Both the position numbers and the translations under genes were made by a program. A stretch of 64,000 nt of DNA from Synechococcus sp. (lineage in GTDB: Bacteria; Cyanobacteriota; Cyanobacteriia; PCC-6307; Cyanobiaceae), in contig JBJBCN010000002.1 in assembly GCA_047285805.1 (NCBI GenBank), forward strand, positions 768,001-832,000, read 5' to 3'. This document shows, in pieces, positions 29,656-39,159 of this stretch. The notes beneath the pieces are model-generated. The model saw nothing but the letters and a program-made list of their open reading frames with translations. It was not told the DNA's origin and made no database searches. Within the stretch, counting starts at the first letter, position 1; each line of letters begins with the position of its first letter.

Positions 29656-30681
29656 ATGCCCCTCGCCCCAGGCGGCCTGTTGGAGCTCACCCCGGAGGGT
29701 CTCTACTGCGCGGCGGCTGGCGCCTGGATCGATCCCTGGCGGCCGGTCCCCAGGGCCCTGATCACCCACGCCCACGCGGACCATGCCCGGCCTGGGTGCG
29801 GCGAGTACTGGGCGGTGGCGTCCAGCGAAGGGATCCTGCGGGAGCGGCTGGGGGCAGAGATCACCCTGCTGCCGGTGGGCTACGGCGACCTCAACCGCAT
29901 TGGCGAGGCGCGGGTCTCCTTTCATTCCGCCGGCCATGTCCTCGGATCGGCCCAGATCCGCCTGGAAGCCGGTGGGGAAAGCTGGCTGGTCAGCGGCGAT
30001 TACAAGCGCTGCCACGACCCCAGTTGCACACCGTTCGAACCCGTCCAGGCGGACGTCTTCATCAGCGAGGCCACCTTCGGCCTACCGATCTACCGCTGGG
30101 AAACCGGAGCGGCGGTCGCCCGCCAAATCCTGAGCTGGTGGCAGGCCGAGCCAGAGAAGCCATCGGTGCTCTTCTGCTACGCCTTTGGCAAGGCCCAGCG
30201 CGTTCTGGCGGAGCTGCATCAACTGGGAGTGGAGGAGACGGTCCTTCTCCACGGCGCCGTCGATCGACTGATGGGGCCCTATCGCGAGGCGGGCGTCGCG
30301 TTGCCTCCGACGATGGCTCTCTCCCAGGTGCCCAAGGGGGAGTCTTTGGCGGGGCGTCTGGTCATTGCGCCACCTGCGGCCCACCGCAGTCGCGGCATGG
30401 CTCGCCTGGCCAAGGCACAAAACGGTTTCGTCAGCGGCTGGATGGCCGTCCGCGGTGCCCGCCGTCGCCGGGGCTATGGCCGCGGTTTCGTCATGAGCGA
30501 TCACGCCGACTGGGCGGGCTTGGTGCGCAGCGTGCAGGAGAGCCAGGCGCAACAGATCTATGTGACCCACGGCCAAAGCACGGTCCTTTCCAGATATCTA
30601 CGAGAGATGGAGGGGATTAACGCGGAACCCCTCGAGGGGACTTTTGAGGCCGAACGGTTTGATGAGGAGGAGACGTCATGA
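29656..30681 (+). CDS. Ligase-associated DNA damage response exonuclease (MBL/beta-CASP)
   Basis: THAHADH, AGHVLGSAQ, EATFGLP, YAFGKAQR, SDHADW. Confidence 0.92.
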   Translation: MPLAPGGLLELTPEGLYCAAAGAWIDPWRPVPRALITHAHADHARPGCGEYWAVASSEGILRERLGAEITLLPVGYGDLNRIGEARVSFHSAGHVLGSAQIRLEAGGESWLVSGDYKRCHDPSCTPFEPVQADVFISEATFGLPIYRWETGAAVARQILSWWQAEPEKPSVLFCYAFGKAQRVLAELHQLGVEETVLLHGAVDRLMGPYREAGVALPPTMALSQVPKGESLAGRLVIAPPAAHRSRGMARLAKAQNGFVSGWMAVRGARRRRGYGRGFVMSDHADWAGLVRSVQESQAQQIYVTHGQSTVLSRYLREMEGINAEPLEGTFEAERFDEEETS

Positions 30682-32312
30682 AGGCCTTCTCCCGGCTGTT
30701 TTCCGAGCTGGACTGCACCAGCGGCACTACGGCCAAGTTGGAGGCCCTGGAGGCCTACTTCCGCAGTGCCCCCCCTGAAGATGCCGCCTGGGCCCTCGCC
30801 CTCCTACTGGGGAAACGCCGCAAACGACTGATCAGCGGTCGACGCCTACGGGAGATCTGTCTGCATGCGATGGCCTTACCGGATTGGTTGTTCGAGGCCT
30901 GCAGCAATCAGGTTGGTGATTCCGCTGAAACGGTCTCGTTGCTGTGGAGCCAAAAGCAACCTGGTCCAATGGCACCGAGTGCCGAGCGCAGCCTGAGCGA
31001 CTGGATGGTGCAGGTCTTGCCTGCGCTGGCGGCAGCGGAGGGGGACGCGCAGGAGGCCGCGGTGGTGCGCACCTGGCAGAGCCTGCCAACTGGGGAGCTG
31101 CTGCTGATCAACAAGTTGCTCAGCGGCGGCTTTCGCGTTGGCGTCTCCACCGGTCTGGTGACCCGCGGCGTCGCCCGCAGCGCTGGACTCGATGAAGCCC
31201 TGATTGCCCATCGCCTGATGGGAGGGTTCAACCCATCGGCCGAGACCTATGGGGCCCTGACCGCAGAGGCCAGTGATGCGGATGCGCTCGCCGCCCGTCC
31301 GTTCCCGTTTTTCCTCGCCAGCCCGATCGAACTCGAGCAGATCGAGCAGACCCCCGCCGATCAGTGGCAGGTGGAGTGGAAGTGGGACGGGATTCGCGGA
31401 CAGCTGATCCACCGCAGTGGTGGCTGCAGCCTTTGGAGCCGCGGTGAAGACCTGATTAATGAGGCCTTCCCTGAGCTGATCGACCTGGCGGTCTCCCTTC
31501 CCCAGGGGACGGTGCTCGATGGCGAGATCTTGATCTGGAAAGCGGACTCGAGCACTCCGGAATCCTTTGCCACCCTGCAACGACGGCTCGGGCGCAAGGC
31601 ACCAAGCCGAGCGCTGCAAAAGGACTGTCCGGCGGCCTTCGTGGCCTACGACCTGCTGGAACTGGACGGGGTGGACCAGCGCCAAACCCCCCTCGAGCAA
31701 CGGCGCCGGCGGCTGGAAGCCCTCGTTCAGGGCTGGAGCGAGACCGAGCGGGATGCGCGCTCACGGCTGCGTCTCTCGGAGACACCGCCCCTGAGGCGTT
31801 GGGGTGAGCTCGAGGGCTTACGGGAGCAAGCTCGCCAGAAGGGTGCGGAGGGCTTGATGCTCAAGGCCAAGCCCTCGCCCTATCTGATGGGGCGCAAACG
31901 AGGCCACTGGTGGAAACACAAGCTCGAGCCCTTCCACCTCGATGCGGTGCTGCTTTACGCCCAGGCCGGTAGCGGTCGACGGGCCAACCTCTACACGGAT
32001 TACAGCTTTGGACTCTGGAACGACGACGGCGAGTTGGTGACCTTCGCCAAGGCCTACTCCGGACTCGACGATGGGGAAATTCGCCAGGTAGATCGCTGGA
32101 TCCGGGCCCACACCACCGAACGCTTTGGGCCCGTGCGGGCCGTGGAGCCAACGCTGGTGTTCGAATTGGCCTTTGAAGGTCTGCAACCCTCGAAACGCCA
32201 CAAGTGCGGGCTAGCGGTTCGCTTCCCGCGGATCAGCCGTTGGCGGCAGGACAAACCCGCCGCAGAAGCCGACAGCGTCGCCACGGCCCTGGCCCTGATG
32301 GAGGGCCGATGA
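30678..32312 (+). CDS. ATP-dependent DNA ligase (damage-response type)
   Basis: EWKWDGIRGQ, LDGE, EGLMLK, WWKHK, VRFPRI; ATGA overlap. Confidence 0.95.
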   Translation: MKAFSRLFSELDCTSGTTAKLEALEAYFRSAPPEDAAWALALLLGKRRKRLISGRRLREICLHAMALPDWLFEACSNQVGDSAETVSLLWSQKQPGPMAPSAERSLSDWMVQVLPALAAAEGDAQEAAVVRTWQSLPTGELLLINKLLSGGFRVGVSTGLVTRGVARSAGLDEALIAHRLMGGFNPSAETYGALTAEASDADALAARPFPFFLASPIELEQIEQTPADQWQVEWKWDGIRGQLIHRSGGCSLWSRGEDLINEAFPELIDLAVSLPQGTVLDGEILIWKADSSTPESFATLQRRLGRKAPSRALQKDCPAAFVAYDLLELDGVDQRQTPLEQRRRRLEALVQGWSETERDARSRLRLSETPPLRRWGELEGLREQARQKGAEGLMLKAKPSPYLMGRKRGHWWKHKLEPFHLDAVLLYAQAGSGRRANLYTDYSFGLWNDDGELVTFAKAYSGLDDGEIRQVDRWIRAHTTERFGPVRAVEPTLVFELAFEGLQPSKRHKCGLAVRFPRISRWRQDKPAAEADSVATALALMEGR

Positions 32313-34798
32313 GCGCAACGCTGCTGCCGATTCGGGACTGGTTCCGACGCCAAGGCTGGACACCGATGGCCTTTCAAGAGGAGGTCTGGGGGGCCTACCT
32401 GGAGGGGCAGAGCGGACTGCTGCAGGTGCCCACCGGCTCGGGCAAGACCTACGGGGCCGTGATGGGTCCCATGGCCGAGATGCTCGAGCGCGGCGGGAAG
32501 GGTCTGCGGTTGCTAGTGATCACCCCCCTGCGCGCGCTCTCACGGGACTTGGCCCTGGCGATCGAGCAACCGATCGAGGCGATGGGCTGGCCGCTGCGGG
32601 TGGAGATTCGCAATGGCGACACGAGCACCTACGAACGGAGCAAGCAGCTTCGCACCCCCCCTGAAATCTTGATTACGACGCCGGAATCCCTGAGCCTTCT
32701 GTTGGCCAACCCGAAGGCCCCGCTGCTGTTTGAGGGGCTGCAGGCGGTGGTGATCGACGAGTGGCACGAGCTCATGGGCAGCAAACGGGGGAGCCAGTGC
32801 GAGCTCTGCCTCAGCTGGCTCAGGCAGCTGAGGCCCGAGCTGCGCACCTGGGCAATCAGCGCGACGATCGGCAACCTCGAGGAGGCGGCACGGGCAGCCC
32901 TCGATTCAACGGAGGCCAAGCCCCTGATCGTGACGGCCCAACTGCAACGGGAAACCGCGATCCGCAGCCTCTTGCCCGAACAGATCGATGGCTTCCCATG
33001 GGGTGGTCACCTCGGCCTACGGATGTACGAGGAGTTGGTCGCCGGACTGGATCCGGCCATCAGCACCCTGCTCTTCACCAACACCCGCAACCAGGCGGAG
33101 CGCTGGCACCAATGTCTGCGCTTCGCCTGCCCGGAGATGGAGGACGCCCTGGCCCTGCACCACAGTGCCATCGACCGCACGGAGCGAGAGGCGATTGAGG
33201 CGGCGGTCAAGGCCGGGGATCTGCGCTGGGTGGTCTGCACCAGTTCCCTGGACCTCGGCGTTGACTTCCAACCGGTGGAGAGGGTCGTGCAAATCGGTAG
33301 TGCCAAAAATCTGGCCCGCCTGTTGCAGCGCGCGGGCCGCAGCGCCCACTGCCCAGGCGGCACCTCGCAGGTGCTCTTCATGCCCACGAACGCCCTGGAG
33401 TTGCTCGAGGTGTCGGCGATGCGGCGGGGACTGACCGATGGCTTGGTGGAACACCGCAACCCCCCGGAACTCCCCCTGGATGTCCTGCTCCAGCATCTGG
33501 TCAGCCTGGCCTGCGGCCCTGGGTTTGAACCCTCCCAAGAGATGGAGACGGTCCGCACAAGCTGGAGCTTCCGCAGCCTCAGCGAGAGCCAATGGCAGTG
33601 GTGCCTGGATTTTCTGGAGCACGGAGGGCAATGCCTGGGGGCCTACCCCCGCTACCGCAAGTTGGTTCGCTGCCAGCCCGGCAGCGACGAACCCGCCGAG
33701 GTGGGGCAGCCCTACCGCTACCGGGTGCTGGATAAGACGATTGCGCGGCATCATCGCTTCAATATCGGCACGATCACCGCGGACCGCTCCGTCACGGTGC
33801 GCTTTGTGCGCGGGGCCGTACTTGGCCATGTGGAAGAGGCTTTTATCGGACGGTTGAAACCGGGCGATGTCTTCTTTTTTGCAGGCCGCCAGTTGGAGTT
33901 CGTACGGCTGCGGGAGATGACGGCCCAGGTCAAGGCCACCAGCCGCAAAAGCTCCACCGTGCCGGCCTGGGCGGGGGGGCAGATGGCCCTCTCGGACCTG
34001 CTCAGCAGCCATCTCCGCGAGGAGGTCGATCGCTGCGCCCAGGGCCTCTGTGATGACGAGGAGCTGGATACTCCAGAACTGCGCGCCCTGCGGCCTTTGC
34101 TTCAGCGCCAAGCAGATCTCTCACGCATCCCAAGGCGGGAGCAGATCCTGCTGGAGGTCTGCTCAAGCCGCGAAGGCAGTCACCTGTTCGTCTTTCCCTT
34201 TGAAGGGCGGTTTGTCCATGAGGGCATCGGCTTCCTCTGGGCCTGGCGCCTGGCGCGCCACCAGCCCAGCACGATCACGGTCTCGATCAACGACTACGGC
34301 TTTGAGCTCCTCGCCCCCAAGCGCTACCCCTTCGATGAACTGATCGAGCTCCATGGCGATGACCTGCTCGACATCACCAACCTCGATGACGACCTCGAGC
34401 AGGCGTTGAATTTCTCAGAGCTCTGCCGCCGTCGCTTTCGCTCGATCGCTCAGGTAAGCGGCTTGGTCACCCAGTCCATGCCGGGACAAAACAAAACCGG
34501 GGGTCAACTGCAGATCAGTGCGGCCCTACTCTTTGACGTCTTCCAAAAGCACGAACCCAACCACCTATTGCTCGAGCAGGCACGCCGGGAAGTGCTCGAG
34601 GAACAACTGGAAACGCAACGCCTCCGCACGGCCCTCGAGCGCATGGCTTCCAGTGAATGGCTAATGGAGCGAACCCAACGTCCCAGCCCTCTGGCCTTCC
34701 CTCTGATGGTGGAGCGACTGAACAACCGACTCAGCAACGAATCCGTTCTCGATCGCGTGCAGCGCTTGATCGCAGAAGCCACGAAAGCCGAAGGCTGA
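32309..34798 (+). CDS. Ligase-associated DEXH-box helicase (Lhr-like)
   Basis: PTGSGKT, DEWHELMGSKRG, SAT, TSSLDLGVD, QRAGRSAH; ATGA overlap. Confidence 0.94.
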   Translation: MSATLLPIRDWFRRQGWTPMAFQEEVWGAYLEGQSGLLQVPTGSGKTYGAVMGPMAEMLERGGKGLRLLVITPLRALSRDLALAIEQPIEAMGWPLRVEIRNGDTSTYERSKQLRTPPEILITTPESLSLLLANPKAPLLFEGLQAVVIDEWHELMGSKRGSQCELCLSWLRQLRPELRTWAISATIGNLEEAARAALDSTEAKPLIVTAQLQRETAIRSLLPEQIDGFPWGGHLGLRMYEELVAGLDPAISTLLFTNTRNQAERWHQCLRFACPEMEDALALHHSAIDRTEREAIEAAVKAGDLRWVVCTSSLDLGVDFQPVERVVQIGSAKNLARLLQRAGRSAHCPGGTSQVLFMPTNALELLEVSAMRRGLTDGLVEHRNPPELPLDVLLQHLVSLACGPGFEPSQEMETVRTSWSFRSLSESQWQWCLDFLEHGGQCLGAYPRYRKLVRCQPGSDEPAEVGQPYRYRVLDKTIARHHRFNIGTITADRSVTVRFVRGAVLGHVEEAFIGRLKPGDVFFFAGRQLEFVRLREMTAQVKATSRKSSTVPAWAGGQMALSDLLSSHLREEVDRCAQGLCDDEELDTPELRALRPLLQRQADLSRIPRREQILLEVCSSREGSHLFVFPFEGRFVHEGIGFLWAWRLARHQPSTITVSINDYGFELLAPKRYPFDELIELHGDDLLDITNLDDDLEQALNFSELCRRRFRSIAQVSGLVTQSMPGQNKTGGQLQISAALLFDVFQKHEPNHLLLEQARREVLEEQLETQRLRTALERMASSEWLMERTQRPSPLAFPLMVERLNNRLSNESVLDRVQRLIAEATKAEG

Positions 34799-34806
34799 CG
34801 CCGCGT

Positions 34807-35097
34807 TCAGTGGCCGTAGCGCAGACGCCGGACATCAACTTCCAGGCGAACCATTTCACAACACGCTTTTGAGACCACGCGCGGACCTTGTTGGAGGTCC
34901 TCGTTGTAGCGATACATCGCCTGGATGTAGTACTGCTCCAACTCCTGGAGCAGGCCATCGCCGATCCACCGTGTGCGCACCATCGCCATCTGAGGGAACA
35001 CCAAAAGGGAGTCCCCGTGGACCCATCCTCCGGCTCTAACAAGAGCTTGAAAAACCGGCTTCAGCAGGCTCAAGCCGAATTGAGCATCAGGACTCAT
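34807..35097 (-). CDS. Hypothetical protein
   Basis: 96 aa ATG ORF with typical codon usage. Confidence 0.5.
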   Translation of the reverse strand: MSPDAQFGLSLLKPVFQALVRAGGWVHGDSLLVFPQMAMVRTRWIGDGLLQELEQYYIQAMYRYNEDLQQGPRVVSKACCEMVRLEVDVRRLRYGH

Positions 35098-35148
35098 TGC
35101 GAAGCAACAACGCCGCAGCGATAACAAGGCTGCTACGTGAGGTCGCCC

Positions 35149-35424
35149 ATGTCCGTGTCACGGAATCGCTCCGCAGCCCGCCATAGGCTCGAGCAGCAGG
35201 TCAACGCGGAAGTCCTCTCGTTCGTGGATGGCTTTCGACCGCTTATCCCCAGGCCCTGCGAAGCCGCCATGGCTCGCCCGAAGACGACCCAGCACGGGGT
35301 GAAGCACTGGTGGTCAGTGCTGGTGCACTGGTGGTCAGTGTTGGTGCGCTGGTGGTCAGTGTTGGTGCGCTGGTGGTCAGTGTTGGTGCGCTGGTCGCAG
35401 GGCCTCAAAGAGCGCTTCGCCTAA
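35149..35424 (+). CDS. Hypothetical protein with Trp-rich heptad repeat
   Basis: Contains (H/R)WWSVLV four times. Confidence 0.45.
   Translation: MSVSRNRSAARHRLEQQVNAEVLSFVDGFRPLIPRPCEAAMARPKTTQHGVKHWWSVLVHWWSVLVRWWSVLVRWWSVLVRWSQGLKERFA
35304..35395. repeat. 21-bp tandem repeat, about 4.4 copies
   Basis: Unit GC(A/G)CTGGTGGTCAGTG(C/T)TGGT. Confidence 0.97.
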
Positions 35425-35654
35425 TCACCACTGGGGGGGCACCTGACACCAGCCCTGGCGCAGCAGGTTCTGCATGAGGCGAACATCGTTGTAGCGGAGC
35501 ATTCGGCTGTTGTGGAAGGCCTGGATCGCTCCGTCACACGCAAGATCGGCAATAACCACTTCGCACCACTGAGCGTGGGGCGTCGGATCAATCGTGGTGA
35601 AGCGCACCCGGGGCGGCCAAGACGCTTTTGCTCGGGGTTCTCCTGAGCTGCCAT
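35425..35654 (-). pseudogene. DUF1651 family pseudogene (frameshifted)
   Basis: ATG frame MAAQENPEQKRLGRP shifts to VRFTTIDPTPHAQW...RMLRYN...LLRQGWCQVPPQW*. Confidence 0.65.
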
Positions 35655-35731
35655 GGCGACCAGTCAACACGCTGATTTCACGCTTAGATGCCAGCACGCA
35701 GAGACAACACCAAAGCCCCCGTCCGGCTTTT

Positions 35732-36289
35732 TTATGGCGTCGTTTGTGAGCCGAGGCTTGAGAAGTTGGAATAGCGGCGACACAATTTGGCCACCAGCAC
35801 CTTCCGGGGGTCCTTGGAGTTCAACTCCCCTTGGCTGATCTTGAAGCGCGCCAGATTCTGCGCGACGCCAGGAAGCCCATCGCGGACGCAGTAGGCCATA
35901 ACCGAAGGAAGCCGTTGGCGTTCTCCCTTCGGGCCTTCGAGGACCGGCGCGAAGCGGGCCACGCGATAGAGAACACCATGCTCGCGCTCACTGTCCAGTA
36001 AGGCCTCGGCAGCGGCCAGACGAGCCTGATCCCCCTCGAGATCCTTCTGCCAGAAGTCAACCGGAATGCCGTCGCGCTCGTTGAAGTCCACGTTCTTCTT
36101 CGCCCAGGCGATCTCGGCCTTGAGGGAGTCGAAATTCACCTGCTGGGCAATGCGACGGTCCTCCAGTTGCACCGAGCCCTCCTCCACAAGGAGGCGTTGA
36201 CCGGAGCTGGTCTTCACGACCAGCTCCCGACTGTCCTCGCTGCTCTGGCAGCCGGCCAACAGCAGCGCCAACACCAGCAGCAGGCGCAT
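35732..36289 (-). CDS. Lipoprotein
   Basis: MRLLLVLALLLAGC lipobox. Confidence 0.75.
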   Translation of the reverse strand: MRLLLVLALLLAGCQSSEDSRELVVKTSSGQRLLVEEGSVQLEDRRIAQQVNFDSLKAEIAWAKKNVDFNERDGIPVDFWQKDLEGDQARLAAAEALLDSEREHGVLYRVARFAPVLEGPKGERQRLPSVMAYCVRDGLPGVAQNLARFKISQGELNSKDPRKVLVAKLCRRYSNFSSLGSQTTP

Positions 36290-36345
36290 TGGGCCCCATC
36301 CGTTGCCCTCCCCTTGTAGCCGCTCCCGTGAAGATTCAGCGGGAA

Positions 36346-36378
36346 TCACAATGGAGGCTCGCAAAGCCTCCATTGTGA
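36346..36378. repeat. Perfect 14-bp inverted repeat
   Basis: TCACAATGGAGGCT-CGCAA-AGCCTCCATTGTGA. Confidence 0.9.
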
Positions 36379-36382
36379 GCGG

Positions 36383-36535
36383 ATGAGCCCCCTGCACTGC
36401 CCCCTCTGCATCGGCCTGGCCGTTGTCTCTATTGGCCGCGCCGCAGCCCATCTCAGTGGGCTATGGCTCATGCTCTGGGGACCGGAACCAGGCGCATGCG
36501 CACTCTCAGCTGGGCTGACTTTGACCGGGCCCTAG
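36383..36535 (+). CDS. Small CxxC-plus-hydrophobic-helix protein, not in ORF track
   Basis: MSPLHCPLCIGLAVVSIGRAAAHLSGLWLMLWG... Confidence 0.55.
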   Translation: MSPLHCPLCIGLAVVSIGRAAAHLSGLWLMLWGPEPGACALSAGLTLTGP

Positions 36536-36888
36536 ACACAGCCCTCGATCGCCTTGCATCGTGCACCTTTTCCGGGGTCTACGGCGTTCCCCGCGGTGGT
36601 CTCATCCTCGCGGTGAGCCTAAGCCATCGTCTCGGCATTCCCCTGCTGGAGCAGCCGCAGGCCGGATGTCTGATCGTCGATGACATCTACGAGACCGGGC
36701 GCACCGTTGCGCCCTATCGCGAGCGCTCAGACCTCACGACCCTCGTCTGGATCAGCAAGGTGCCGCCGATCTGGTGGCAGGCACTCGAGGTCCAAGCCGG
36801 CCGAGAGTGGATCCTGTTCCCCTGGGAGAACGCCGAAGCCGCCCTCACCGATGAAGAGCAGTACCGTAATTCCCGCTCCCATGGTTAA
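36496..36888 (+). CDS. Type I phosphoribosyltransferase (purine PRTase-like)
   Basis: GVPRGG, LIVDDIYETGRT PRPP motif, WILFPWE. Confidence 0.9.
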   Translation: MRTLSWADFDRALDTALDRLASCTFSGVYGVPRGGLILAVSLSHRLGIPLLEQPQAGCLIVDDIYETGRTVAPYRERSDLTTLVWISKVPPIWWQALEVQAGREWILFPWENAEAALTDEEQYRNSRSHG

Positions 36889-37363
36889 ACCTCGGCTCTA
36901 CCTGGCCTCTCCCTACGGCTTCTCCGCCCACTGGCGGACCCGCCTGCTGCCAGATTTTGTTAGCGCCCTTGAGCAGATCGGCCTGGAGGTCTGGGAACCC
37001 TTCTCACGCAACAGCCAACTGGACCTCGCTGAACCAGGCTGGGCTTGGCGCGTGGCCCAGGCGGATCTGCAGGACGTCCGCGACGCCGATGCCGTCCTCG
37101 CCATCGTGAACGGCACGCCTCCCGACGAGGGGGTCATGCTCGAACTGGGCGCCGCGATTGCCCTCGAAAAGCCCATCTTCCTCTACCGCGATGACTTCCG
37201 CCGTTGCAGCGATTCCGAGGACTATCCGCTCAACCTGATGGTCTTCAGCGGCTTACCACCGGAGGGCTGGCAGGACTGGCTCTACGGCTCGATTGAGGAA
37301 CTCCACAGCCCCGAAAAAGCTCTCGTCCGATGGCTGAAGGACTGGAGATCAAGCGGGTCCTAG
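36881..37363 (+). CDS. Nucleoside 2-deoxyribosyltransferase family protein
   Basis: LYLASPYGFS, DLQDV, PDEGVMLELG, NLMV. Confidence 0.9.
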   Translation: MVKPRLYLASPYGFSAHWRTRLLPDFVSALEQIGLEVWEPFSRNSQLDLAEPGWAWRVAQADLQDVRDADAVLAIVNGTPPDEGVMLELGAAIALEKPIFLYRDDFRRCSDSEDYPLNLMVFSGLPPEGWQDWLYGSIEELHSPEKALVRWLKDWRSSGS

Positions 37364-37552
37364 AGACTCTCCGGAGGACTTCGCAATCTGGGCCGCGCGC
37401 ATCGCCGCTTCAATGGGGACGGTTCCATCGCTCGTGTTTTTGGCTGCCAGCTGTTGAACCATCTGACGGCGCTGTTCGGGAGTCAACTTCAAGAGATCAG
37501 CCAAGACATCAGGGTTGATCCATCCAAGTCGCTCCCAAGCCAGCCCATCCAT
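37349..37552 (-). CDS. Hypothetical protein
   Basis: 67 aa MDGLAWERLGWINPDVLADLL... Confidence 0.5.
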   Translation of the reverse strand: MDGLAWERLGWINPDVLADLLKLTPEQRRQMVQQLAAKNTSDGTVPIEAAMRAAQIAKSSGESLGPA

Positions 37553-37659
37553 CGGCGCCGTTCCATCCAAGTTCTGCCCTCCTAAGCGGGAAAGACGGCA
37601 GAAACGTGCTTTTTTCGGCACGCGTCAGCTCACCCAAACAGAGCGCGACAATGCCGCGC

Positions 37660-37788
37660 ATGAACAACCACCGCCCCCTTTCCATTCTGTTCTTGGCGCT
37701 CGTGCTCGCCGTGGTACCCCTCTCAGCGGCCCTGCTCATCCACGGTCATGCCAACGTCCAAGCAGTCTTCCGCAACGCTTTCGGTTGA
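37660..37788 (+). CDS. Small single-TM protein
   Basis: MNNHRPLSILFLALVLAVVPLSAALLIHGH... Confidence 0.55.
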   Translation: MNNHRPLSILFLALVLAVVPLSAALLIHGHANVQAVFRNAFG

Positions 37789-37855
37789 ATCCAGGGTCGA
37801 TTCTCATCAAAACGACAATTTTCCGCTACCAACTGGATAGAGCTGGGGGCCGCAG

Positions 37856-38026
37856 ATGTTCTTCTACGAGCTGAGCGTCAACCTGCCCCACCGCACCATG
37901 AAGATTCCTCTCCAGGCGGAGACCGAAGAGCAGGCCTGGCATCTCGGCCGAGACCTCTTCCCTGATCACGAGATCGACTTGGTCCCCAGGCGCAGGGACT
38001 GCGATGCAGATTTGTGGGCCATCTAG
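37856..38026 (+). CDS. Small hypothetical protein (56 aa), not in ORF track
   Basis: MFFYELSVNLPHRTMKIPLQAETEEQAWHLGRDLFP...; GC-rich third positions. Confidence 0.6.
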   Translation: MFFYELSVNLPHRTMKIPLQAETEEQAWHLGRDLFPDHEIDLVPRRRDCDADLWAI

Positions 38027-38121
38027 GGCCGCCAAGCGATCAGGACTTCTTCTCCAGCTGGCGAACGATCCAAGCCATCGCACCCAAGGAACCGACCAAG
38101 GCAATCAGTAACGCAATCGTC

Positions 38122-38553
38122 ATGGGTGGGGCCGACGGAAGACCTGATTATGTCGGCCTGGTGTTCGTCTACGTCAGCCTGAAGCGGGCCGAGCGCTTTC
38201 ACCATCAGCTGAACGGCGCAGCCTTTGAGGGAACCGCAGAGCTCCATGGGCACGAGCTCTACGACCTCGGACCATTCCCGATGGCCATCCGTAACGAGGA
38301 GGCCAAGATGCCAGTTAGTGGCGAGCTCTATCGACTGAACGCGCAGCAGCTGCAGGACCTGGATCGCTTCGAAGGGGCACCCCGGCTTTACAAACGCGCA
38401 TTGCACGTTCTTGCCGATGGTCGCGAGGCATGGGTCTATCTAGGAAGCCGCAAGCAGGTGCGATATGTCCAGGCGATACCCAGTGGGTGCTGGCGGGGCT
38501 CAAACCGCCACCAGACAGCGGCCCGCCAGGGCCAGGACAACGGCCAGACTTAA
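38122..38553 (+). CDS. Gamma-glutamylcyclotransferase (AIG2/YtfP-like)
   Basis: VFVYVSLKR, YDLGPFP, GELY, LDRFEG, AWVY. Confidence 0.85.
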   Translation: MGGADGRPDYVGLVFVYVSLKRAERFHHQLNGAAFEGTAELHGHELYDLGPFPMAIRNEEAKMPVSGELYRLNAQQLQDLDRFEGAPRLYKRALHVLADGREAWVYLGSRKQVRYVQAIPSGCWRGSNRHQTAARQGQDNGQT

Positions 38554-39159
38554 GGCCCCCCAAGCAGGCAGCCCGATGGGTCGCCAACTGGCGCCAAGCT
38601 CAGCAGAACAGTGGGTGCGGCCAAGGCCAAGCAAGTGCAAACGTCTCCAGCCTTGAAACAACTGGCCAAGCTTGCAGTAGTTCAGCGGCGCAATGGCTAA
38701 TGCTCGGGGGCCGAGCGGGACCGATACGCTCAGGTCGATGTCCTGCTGATCGATAGCCCTCACCCAGTTCGGCGGCGCCAGCAGCCGTGCCTCCATGCCC
38801 CTTTGGTAAGTAGTTCATCCTAGATACTGCAGCAGGTTTGGCGATGATTCTGTGCTTGTTCTTGCTTGTTATTCGCGAGACACTTGACACAACACACATC
38901 GATCATCCCCAATGGTTGCAGCAGTGAGAAGAAACAGATAGAGCCCGAGGAAAACTACATTCTGCCCAGATACGTGCAAAACTCTTACTAGCTGTCGAGG
39001 AGAGAAAAGGGTGACACGAAGAAGCCTCCATAAACGAGGACAAAAGGACCATTGCAAAGGAGATGAGATACGGCATGCATCACAAAAAGAAGAATTAAGC
39101 AACGCAAAGAAATTAATTGCAGTAGTGGCACTTTCAGCCGTTACCTTAGCGTTGCATGG

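Noticed and set aside
35304..35395. Possible CRISPR array
   Set aside because: Repeats are contiguous with no unique spacers, and there are no cas genes
36383..36471. Cloverleaf or riboswitch-like fold upstream of the PRTase (ATGAGCC/GGCTCAT enclosing short stems)
   Set aside because: Stems are short in GC-rich DNA, tRNA motifs are absent, and the region is better explained as the CxxC micro-ORF
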